DNA of 64,000 nt, taken from contig DHGE01000126.1 of the NCBI GenBank assembly GCA_002402635.1, positions 893 to 64,892 of the forward strand, written 5' to 3'. This document shows positions 35,031-42,618 of this stretch, piece after piece. How positions within the stretch are numbered: the stretch's first letter is position 1; the number at the start of each line of letters is the position of its first letter. The notes below the pieces were generated by a model, which made no database searches, was not told the DNA's origin, and saw only the letters and a program-made list of their open reading frames with translations. Position numbers and translations under genes: made by a program. The DNA is from Deferribacterales bacterium UBA4806. GTDB lineage: Bacteria > Chrysiogenota > Deferribacteres > Deferribacterales > UBA228.

Positions 35031-35100
35031 ATTAAAAAAAGTCTTGACTTTTATTAAAAAGTATATATAATAGAGATATAAAATAAAAGAAGGAGGTTAA
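35031..35100 (+). repeat. 70-bp promoter/RBS cassette, copy 2
   Basis: Identical base for base to 34121-34190. Confidence 0.9.
35044..35071 (+). promoter_or_regulatory. sigma-70-like early promoter (identical copy)
   Basis: TTGACT (35044-35049), 16-nt spacer, TATAAT (35066-35071). Confidence 0.6.
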
Positions 35101-35101
35101 G

Positions 35102-35290
35102 ATGGAAAAACCTATAGTCAAGTTAATTGGGCAAGACGGAAATGTATTTAATTTAGCAGGAATAGTAAGTTCTGCTCTAAAAAAAGCAGGACTTAAAGAC
35201 CAGGCTAAAGAGTTTCAAACCAGGTTATTTAACTGTAGGTCGTATGGTGAGGCTTTACAGTTAATGACTGAATATGTAGAAGTTAAATAA
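35102..35290 (+). CDS. hypothetical small early protein
   Basis: Preceded by the second copy of the promoter/RBS cassette. Confidence 0.55.
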   Translation: MEKPIVKLIGQDGNVFNLAGIVSSALKKAGLKDQAKEFQTRLFNCRSYGEALQLMTEYVEVK

Positions 35291-35304
35291 AAAGGAGGCA
35301 TAAG

Positions 35305-35535
35305 ATGAAAACAGAAGTAAAAAATGAAACAAAAGAATTTATACCTTTATTTCAATTTGAAAGAAAAATATCTGCTGGAGTTGATAGAACTGAATTCAGG
35401 AAGTGGATTAGAGCTAATCGAGAAATATTGTTGAAAGATAATACTATAGAAATTCACTGGATAGGCAAAAATCTTAGACTATGGTATATAGATAAGAATT
35501 TTGATTTGTCAAGGTATAAGGAGGTTGTAAAATGA
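35305..35535 (+). CDS. hypothetical small protein
   Basis: AAGGAGG RBS upstream. Confidence 0.5.
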   Translation: MKTEVKNETKEFIPLFQFERKISAGVDRTEFRKWIRANREILLKDNTIEIHWIGKNLRLWYIDKNFDLSRYKEVVK

Positions 35536-35699
35536 AAACTTTGCTTGAAATTTTTAAAGAAAAGGGATTACTTGAAAAAGTAATCCTTGATAATAATGGA
35601 CTTAAAATATATAAAGATGATTCAAATACTGGAAAGATAGTAATTAATAAAAAGGAGGTAAAAAATGAAAAAGATAATAGATTTTATGAGTGGAGATAG
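35532..35699 (+). CDS. hypothetical small protein (55 aa, not in ORF track)
   Basis: ATGA start/stop overlap with the upstream gene. Own translation MKTLLEIFKEKGLLEKV... Confidence 0.3.
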   Translation: MKTLLEIFKEKGLLEKVILDNNGLKIYKDDSNTGKIVINKKEVKNEKDNRFYEWR

Positions 35700-35784
35700 A
35701 TTTTTTGAATGGTTACTAACAGGTATTATTATGTTAATAATTGGACATCTTATGTTATTTTTAGTAAATATATTAAGTAAATAG
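35665..35784 (+). CDS. hypothetical small membrane protein (39 aa, not in ORF track)
   Basis: AAGGAGG 7 nt upstream. MKKIIDFMSGDRFFEWLLTGIIMLIIGHLMLFLVNILSK contains one TM helix. Confidence 0.35.
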   Translation: MKKIIDFMSGDRFFEWLLTGIIMLIIGHLMLFLVNILSK

Positions 35785-35791
35785 GAAGTGG

Positions 35792-36505
35792 ATGATGAAA
35801 AAAGAAATAAATGAAACTTCAATTAGCAGATTATTAGAAAGGAATGAAAAATTTGATTGTTGCTTTATTACAGCTTTCAGACTAACAGATAACTGTGATA
35901 TGGGCAGACCTTATACTAAAAGAGAAAATATGGCAAGAAATTACTCTTTGGAATTAAAATTAGCACGTAGTTGGTATAGTGTTACCAGAGTCATTGGTAC
36001 TTATGAAGATAAAGGAAAAAAACAAAAAGAAATATCCTTTTTTGTAGTAGATGATAGAGTAGATGAAGATGACTCTTTGAAAAAGAGACAAGAATATACA
36101 AAAGAATTTTTAGAGGATATGTTATATTTAGGAGAATTATATGAACAGGATAGCATTTTATTCCTTCCCAAAGGTTCTATTTTAGGCAAAGCTAAACCTA
36201 TATTATATGGAACTAATGATTGTCCAAGAGCTATAGGCAAAGGAAATAAAGAATATTTTAATGGGGGTTCAAGAATTAATAAAACATCTAAACTATATAC
36301 TACTATTGTTAATGGTAAGCCTATGTATTTTGAAATGGGAGTAAATGAAGTTTATGGGGCTCAAACAGGGCTTGGAAATTTGGGGTTAGCTATATTAGCA
36401 AATAAACCTTGGAAAGATTTACTTAAATACATAGATGAAAAATATGAAAGAAATTATTTTAAAGACCCATATATAGAATATTGTAAAAATAGGAGGTTGA
36501 AATGA
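35792..36505 (+). CDS. hypothetical protein
   Basis: ORF in the tiling, AGGAAG RBS. Confidence 0.55.
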   Translation: MMKKEINETSISRLLERNEKFDCCFITAFRLTDNCDMGRPYTKRENMARNYSLELKLARSWYSVTRVIGTYEDKGKKQKEISFFVVDDRVDEDDSLKKRQEYTKEFLEDMLYLGELYEQDSILFLPKGSILGKAKPILYGTNDCPRAIGKGNKEYFNGGSRINKTSKLYTTIVNGKPMYFEMGVNEVYGAQTGLGNLGLAILANKPWKDLLKYIDEKYERNYFKDPYIEYCKNRRLK

Positions 36506-36801
36506 GAAATATTATTAAAGAGAAAATAAGTAAAAAGAAAGGATGGGCAAAAAGAATTAAAGAGGAAACAAGTGTGGGGTATCTTTCGCCTCTTATGTTT
36601 GCCTTATTTTGGGGAATTAATCCGCATAAGTTATATACTTGGATAGAGGATAATAAAAACATCTTGATTGAATTAGGAGTTTATTATAATAATATGAAAG
36701 ATGTTAAAAATGGAGTATTGAATATCGATGCTTTGGAAAAGTATTGTAAATATACTGATAAAATAATTGATGAATTAGTCGATGAACTATCTCAACGATA
36801 G
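36502..36801 (+). CDS. hypothetical protein
   Basis: ATGA overlap with the upstream gene. Confidence 0.5.
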   Translation: MRNIIKEKISKKKGWAKRIKEETSVGYLSPLMFALFWGINPHKLYTWIEDNKNILIELGVYYNNMKDVKNGVLNIDALEKYCKYTDKIIDELVDELSQR

Positions 36802-36814
36802 AAAGGGGTGTAAT

Positions 36815-37102
36815 ATGAAAATAGCTGGATTAGAAGTACCTCAAGTAGAAAACTTAGATATGTTAAATATATATGATAAAATACTTCTAGCTTTGATTGT
36901 AAATAATAATAATAATGGTATTAATGTGGAGAATTTAAGAAAAATACTTAGCAAAAATTCGAGATATAATAGAATACTTGAGAATAATATTTTACAATCT
37001 TGTTTAAATAAGTTAATAGAAATGAATATTATAAAATCAATTTTTAATTTAGATACTAATGAAGAAATTTTTACAATTAATAATATGGTGGAGGTAGGAT
37101 AA
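36815..37102 (+). CDS. hypothetical protein (possible winged-helix)
   Basis: The in-frame ATG at 36815 has an AAAGGGG RBS and removes the overlap produced by the track start at 36782. Confidence 0.45.
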   Translation: MKIAGLEVPQVENLDMLNIYDKILLALIVNNNNNGINVENLRKILSKNSRYNRILENNILQSCLNKLIEMNIIKSIFNLDTNEEIFTINNMVEVG

Positions 37103-37620
37103 TGTCGTTAAGGAAAAGACCTAAAATATTAACAGGAAAGACTATAGAAATGCGTGTAGGGTGCGGTAAATTACACGTTATTGTTAATGTAGATGAAAAT
37201 AACCTACCTTTTGAAGTATTTGCTAGTATTGGTAAAGGAGGGGGTTGTGCGGCAAGTCAGTGTGAAGCTATAGGAAGGTTAATCTCATTGAATTTGAGAA
37301 CTGGAGGGGATGTAAAAAGAATAATAAAACAGTTGAAAGGAATATCCTGTCACAATAAAATGGGGCTTGGGGAAAATCAGCTCTCTAGTTGTGCCGATGC
37401 TATTGGAAAGGCTATTGAGGAAGTATTGGGATTAAAACCTGTGATTAAATTGCCTAAAAAAGAGAAGGTAATTGTACCAGAAGAGGTTAAATCTGAGGCT
37501 GTGGTAGAACCGGAACCTACCAAGGTTCATAATGGAGCCTGCCCTGAATGCGGGGGAACTTTAGTTTATCAAGAAGGTTGTGATGTATGTAATAGTTGCG
37601 GTTATAGTCATTGTTCTTAA
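37102..37620 (+). CDS. standalone TSCPD-domain protein with C-terminal zinc ribbon
   Basis: GCGKLHVIVN...FASIGKGGGCAASQCEAIGRLISL...LSSCADAIGKA (TSCPD-like). C-terminal CPECGG...CDVCNSCG. Confidence 0.6.
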   Translation: MSLRKRPKILTGKTIEMRVGCGKLHVIVNVDENNLPFEVFASIGKGGGCAASQCEAIGRLISLNLRTGGDVKRIIKQLKGISCHNKMGLGENQLSSCADAIGKAIEEVLGLKPVIKLPKKEKVIVPEEVKSEAVVEPEPTKVHNGACPECGGTLVYQEGCDVCNSCGYSHCS

Positions 37621-37635
37621 TAAAGGAGGTAATAT

Positions 37636-37785
37636 ATGTTTAAATTTTTACTTTATTTTATATTAGTACCAATAATATTTTTGCTATATTTTATATTTTT
37701 GTTTATAAATCTTATTAGGGCTTTTATTGTTTCGATAGAAGATGTAGTGTATTTTGTAAGAAGTGGAATAAGGATTTGGAGATAA
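37636..37785 (+). CDS. hypothetical small membrane protein (49 aa, not in ORF track)
   Basis: AAGGAGG RBS. MFKFLLYFILVPIIFLLYFIFLFINLI is hydrophobic. Confidence 0.35.
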   Translation: MFKFLLYFILVPIIFLLYFIFLFINLIRAFIVSIEDVVYFVRSGIRIWR

Positions 37786-37821
37786 TAGAAGGGATTATTA
37801 TGAAAAATAAAAAAAACAAAG

Positions 37822-39825
37822 TTGGAAAACACTATGAAAAATACTTTTGAAAAAATCTTAAAAGAGATTGTTACAAACTCTCATTATACAACCACACCTT
37901 ATGATTTTTCTGTTTTGAATATTGAAATTTTAGAAAGTGCTTATGAAAGATTTTTAAGTAGGACTATAAATCTAATACACTTACATCAAATAAAAATAGA
38001 AGAAAATCCAGAGGGTAGAAAAGCTGGAGGAGTTTATTATACTCCTGAATATATTGTTGATTATATTGTGAAGAACACTGTTGCTAAAAAAATTGAAGGA
38101 CTAACTCCAGAGGAAATAAAGAATATAAAAATACTTGATCCAGCTTGTGGTTCTGGAAGATTTCTAACCAGTGCTTATGATTGCCTTTTAGAATATCACA
38201 AAGGATGGTATTCAAAAAATCAAAAAAATAAGGAATACAAAAAAGATTGGTATTCAACTGAGGATGGTAACCTCAAAATATGCATTGATAAAAGAGGAGA
38301 AATACTTAGGAACAATATTTTTGGTGTAGATATTGACAGGGAAGCAACAGAAGTTGCAATGATGAGCTTATACTTAAAAATGCTTGATGATGGACTTGAT
38401 AAAGGAGGGAGAGATCTTTCCTTTATGAAAGGACAGGTATTACCAGATATGGAAGATAACATAAAGTGTGGAAATAGTTTGGTCGGTCCAGATTATTTTG
38501 ATGGTAATCCTTTAGCTAATGATAAAGATGAACGTAAAACTATTAATCCATTTGAATGGAAAGCTGAATTTAAAGAGATAATGAATAATGGTGGTTTCGA
38601 TATTATTATTGGTAATCCCCCATATGTTGATATTAAAGGATTGGATCCAAAGATAGTAAAATATTATTTTAAAAAATACTCTACTGTTGAAAATAGGATG
38701 AACCTTTATGCTGTGTTTGTTGAAAAATCTTTAATTTTACTAAAATGTGAAGGATACTTTGGTTTCATTATTCCTAATTCTATTTTATACAATAAATCAT
38801 ATTACAAATTAAGATCACTTATTTTAAATAACACAACTATAAATAAAGTAATAAGATTACCTGATAATGTATTCCAAAATGTTAAAGTGGAAACAATTAT
38901 TTTAGTAATTGAAAATAAAAAAGTGGTTACAAATATATCACAGAGCGAAGTTATTATTTATCCAAGAGAGGCAACTATTAATGAAATAAATATAGAAGAC
39001 AAAAGTAAAGTTATAATATTTAATCAAGAAACTTGGAAATCTGAAGACAATATTATTAATATCTCCATTAATGTTTTAACAAAGCAACTGTTAGAAAAAA
39101 TAGAAAAAAAAGCCACACCATTAATAGATATTTGTGATTTTTCTTTAGGTATAACACCTTATGATAAATATAAAGGGCATACAAAATATCAAATAAAAAA
39201 TAAAATATTTCATTCTAAAATGAAAATAGATGAAACTTATAAACCCTTATTATCTGGAGAAAATATAATTAGATATGGTGTTTTTTGGGATGGCAATAAC
39301 TATATCCGTTATGGAAATTGGTTAGGAGCACCCAGAGAACAACGATTCTTTGTAAAATCCAGAATACTAGTTAGACAAATTCTAAGTGGCAAACCACTAA
39401 GAATTTACGCAGGATACTCAGAAGATGAACTTTATAATACACAAATTGCATTTAATCTTTTAATAAAAGATGGCGTTGATATCCAACTTAAATATTTACT
39501 TGCAATATTGAATTCAAAATTAATGAGCTTTTATCATAAAGAGAAATATTTAGATCCATCAAAAACTTTATTTCAAAAGATTTTAATAGTAAATACAAAG
39601 AAATTCCCAATGGTTATCCAAAAAACACAACAACAGCTTATAGCAGAGCTTGTAGAAAATATGATTAATGCTAATAAAGAACTATTAAATTGTAGGTCAG
39701 ACACAGATAAAAATATTATAGAAAGACAAATTAAATATCTTGATAAAAAAATTGATGAACTTGTGTATAGTATTTATGAATTGACAGATGACGAAATTAA
39801 AATAATAGAAGAAAGTTTAGGATAA
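37822..39825 (+). CDS. N6-adenine DNA methyltransferase (Eco57I/TaqI-like gamma class) with target-recognition domain; no nuclease domain
   Basis: YYTPEYIVDYIV, ILDPACGSGRFL (motif I), IIIGNPPYVDIKG (motif IV NPPY). The start is uncertain (TTG 37822, ATG 37834). Confidence 0.85.
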   Translation: MENTMKNTFEKILKEIVTNSHYTTTPYDFSVLNIEILESAYERFLSRTINLIHLHQIKIEENPEGRKAGGVYYTPEYIVDYIVKNTVAKKIEGLTPEEIKNIKILDPACGSGRFLTSAYDCLLEYHKGWYSKNQKNKEYKKDWYSTEDGNLKICIDKRGEILRNNIFGVDIDREATEVAMMSLYLKMLDDGLDKGGRDLSFMKGQVLPDMEDNIKCGNSLVGPDYFDGNPLANDKDERKTINPFEWKAEFKEIMNNGGFDIIIGNPPYVDIKGLDPKIVKYYFKKYSTVENRMNLYAVFVEKSLILLKCEGYFGFIIPNSILYNKSYYKLRSLILNNTTINKVIRLPDNVFQNVKVETIILVIENKKVVTNISQSEVIIYPREATINEINIEDKSKVIIFNQETWKSEDNIINISINVLTKQLLEKIEKKATPLIDICDFSLGITPYDKYKGHTKYQIKNKIFHSKMKIDETYKPLLSGENIIRYGVFWDGNNYIRYGNWLGAPREQRFFVKSRILVRQILSGKPLRIYAGYSEDELYNTQIAFNLLIKDGVDIQLKYLLAILNSKLMSFYHKEKYLDPSKTLFQKILIVNTKKFPMVIQKTQQQLIAELVENMINANKELLNCRSDTDKNIIERQIKYLDKKIDELVYSIYELTDDEIKIIEESLG

Positions 39826-39846
39826 AAAGATAGAAGGAGGATACTT

Positions 39847-40005
39847 ATGAAAAGTAAGAAATCAAAATTAGATAGGGATATTGAAAAGTTTTTCAGGGAT
39901 ATGTTTGAAACCTTGGAAAACAATAAATTAGAGGACATTTTATTTGTGGTAGAAGGTAAGAAAGAGGAAGAGGAAAATAATAAGAAAGGGGATAAAGATG
40001 AGTGA
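39847..40005 (+). CDS. hypothetical small acidic protein (52 aa, not in ORF track)
   Basis: AAGGAGGA RBS. Its stop overlaps the next ATG. Confidence 0.35.
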   Translation: MKSKKSKLDRDIEKFFRDMFETLENNKLEDILFVVEGKKEEEENNKKGDKDE

Positions 40006-40639
40006 GTACAATTTTACAATTAGTTTTGAAATAAAATTCCCTCAGGATTGGATTCAATATCCTATTATGGCTATAGGGCGCAAGATATCACCTGAAAATT
40101 ATGATAAATGTTTTCATCTGGCTATAGAATTTATGAAATTATTTGATTTACGATTGCTTAGATATTTAAAAGTTATTTATTTTCTGGAATATATGCAATT
40201 ATATGGTAAAGAAGGATGGGGTGGTACCCGAACTAAAAATTCAATCTATTGCACTTATAAAGGCTATTATACTGATTATGATGTGTTGCGAATACTTGTT
40301 GAAGAATTTAGTTCAGTATTATGGTTAAATAATCCTTTTACCAAGACAGAAAAAGAACAATGGTATCAATGTTTGCCTATAGATTTTAAATATTATGGTA
40401 CTGGAATAGAAGTATTGGGTGAAAAAGATTTATTGAAAGAAAATGAAAATTTATTTAACAAAGGATTTCTTAATACTTATGCTATGAGTAGCTTGGAAAA
40501 TGATCTTAATCAAATTTTTGTGTATATGTTTTTGAAAAAAGATGAATTAAATAATATAATAGAAAACAATGAATTGATAAAAAGAAAGGTAAAAATTGTA
40601 AAGGAATGGTTAACAAAAATAATTTTAAAACTATTATAA
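39998..40639 (+). CDS. hypothetical protein
   Basis: Last gene of the plus-strand block. Confidence 0.5.
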   Translation: MSEYNFTISFEIKFPQDWIQYPIMAIGRKISPENYDKCFHLAIEFMKLFDLRLLRYLKVIYFLEYMQLYGKEGWGGTRTKNSIYCTYKGYYTDYDVLRILVEEFSSVLWLNNPFTKTEKEQWYQCLPIDFKYYGTGIEVLGEKDLLKENENLFNKGFLNTYAMSSLENDLNQIFVYMFLKKDELNNIIENNELIKRKVKIVKEWLTKIILKLL

Positions 40640-42370
40640 CTTAAACCGATTGATTAATTCCTGTAATTTATTATTTAGATTACTTAGATTTTCCATCTCA
40701 TCTCCTACCGTTTCAATTATAGACCTGGTTTCAGCGAAAGCTGATGAGATTTCCTGAATTGAGGAGCTAGAATTTTCCAGTGCTTCGGATTGTTGGTATA
40801 TAGCAGGTTTTATTTTATTTATAAAATTATTAAAAATTGTTTCCATATTATTCATTATGGTGTTGAAAATATTGGTAGTATTGATTATATTTTCTTGACT
40901 ATCAGAAATAGAATTATCTACAATTTCTATTTGTTCATTAACCTCCTTATTTTGACTTACAATTTCATTTAGTGTGGTTGTTATTTCCTTTATTGAATTC
41001 CTTGTTTTCTCCGATAGTTTTCCTATCTCTCCCGCTATCACTGTAAAACCAGCTCCTTCCTGTCCTATTCTTGCCGCTTCAATACTTGCATTTAAGGCTA
41101 ATAGATGGGTATTTTCTGCTACATCATTTATGAGATTTAATATAGGATTTATTTCCTTTATAATATTACTGTAATTGTGAATACGGAGGGTTAGATTATC
41201 ATAGTTATTCTGTATGGTCTTTATGTTGGTTTGTATTTTATTAAGATTAGCAATTCCTTTATTATTATCTTCTTTAGCCTTCCCAAGTATTTCCACATCT
41301 TGTTCCACTATATCATTTATTTCTTTTCCATTTTGATTTATCTCTTCTACGGAGGAGGCGATATAGGTTAGTTGTTCATTTTGAACTTGTACGGTTTTTG
41401 TAGTTTGCTCCATAGCGGCACTAACTTGTTCACATATTTGATTTACTGTAGTGAAATTATTTTTTATATTATTAATTAAGTTAGCTATGGTATCTACGAA
41501 TTCATTGTAATATTTTACAATAAGATTAAATTCATCTTTTTTATTGAGGGTTAGTTTTTGTGTTAAATCTGCTTCCTTACTGGACATTACTTGTAATGAA
41601 TTGGTTATTTCTGTAAGTGGTTTTACTACCAGATTTCTGAATACAAAGTAATAGGAGGTATTTAATATTAAAAACATAATAAAATAGGCTTGCGTTAATG
41701 ATATTAATAATTTTCTAATTTGATATGTTATAAATTTGTTAGGTATCCCATACATTACATACCAGTCGTTTTCCATATTTTGTAAACTAAATTTATCACT
41801 GACGAAATAGTGTTTTTTAACACCATCGAAGGTACTGATAAAATATTTTTTACCACTTACAGTATTGTTCACTATTTGTTTTACTTCCGGGGCTGTACTA
41901 TTTATTATTTTTTCCCCACCAGGGTGAAATAGTATATTTTTATCACTATCAATAACTGTAACTATATCATTCTTATTTATCATTAATTTTGAGTAATGTG
42001 TTGAAAAGTAATCCAGTTTTAAGGTTACCGCTAGAATTCCTATTAATTCATCATTTTGTTTTATTGGTACTGCTATTGGGATTGTTCTATTTTGGTTTAT
42101 GTAGGATATATGAATTTTCCCGATATAATAGGATAAATTATCCTCTATTATTTTTTGTACCCATTTTTCTTTTAATGTACTTTGTCCTAAAAGTTTTTTA
42201 TCCTCTAACACGCCTAAAACAAAATCACCGTACCCTACTTCATATTCTTTATCATATATATTTAAGTTATCTTTTTTATCCATTAGGTTAATTATTCCTA
42301 TGTCAAAAATTGCTTCATTGTTTTTCATAGCTTCGTTTAAGGTGTATATTGCTTCCTGTCTATATTCCAT
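40634..42370 (-). CDS. methyl-accepting chemotaxis protein (dCache-like sensor, TM, HAMP, MA domain)
   Basis: LLALNASIEAARIGQEGAGFTVIAGEIGKLSEKT (MCP signalling hairpin). A TM plus HAMP precede it. The reading frame stays open upstream to 42652 and encodes the missing first TM helix. Confidence 0.85.
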   Translation of the reverse strand: MEYRQEAIYTLNEAMKNNEAIFDIGIINLMDKKDNLNIYDKEYEVGYGDFVLGVLEDKKLLGQSTLKEKWVQKIIEDNLSYYIGKIHISYINQNRTIPIAVPIKQNDELIGILAVTLKLDYFSTHYSKLMINKNDIVTVIDSDKNILFHPGGEKIINSTAPEVKQIVNNTVSGKKYFISTFDGVKKHYFVSDKFSLQNMENDWYVMYGIPNKFITYQIRKLLISLTQAYFIMFLILNTSYYFVFRNLVVKPLTEITNSLQVMSSKEADLTQKLTLNKKDEFNLIVKYYNEFVDTIANLINNIKNNFTTVNQICEQVSAAMEQTTKTVQVQNEQLTYIASSVEEINQNGKEINDIVEQDVEILGKAKEDNNKGIANLNKIQTNIKTIQNNYDNLTLRIHNYSNIIKEINPILNLINDVAENTHLLALNASIEAARIGQEGAGFTVIAGEIGKLSEKTRNSIKEITTTLNEIVSQNKEVNEQIEIVDNSISDSQENIINTTNIFNTIMNNMETIFNNFINKIKPAIYQQSEALENSSSSIQEISSAFAETRSIIETVGDEMENLSNLNNKLQELINRFKL

Positions 42371-42618
42371 ATTTTCTGGGTGTAATAAAATATTTTTTAC
42401 TGTAGTGGTTTTTGATATTGAGCTTAGATAAGATATATAATTATTAAAAAAATTGTTTAGGTTATCTTGTACATTTCTGTTAATTGAGTTTGTTATAATT
42501 TTATACCTGCTTATGATAATTCTACTGTTTTGAAAATAAGTGATTATACCGTAAAAAACGAAGGTAGATAATGTGATAATATTAATTAAAATTAAAAATT
42601 TATTGATTAATTTCTTTT

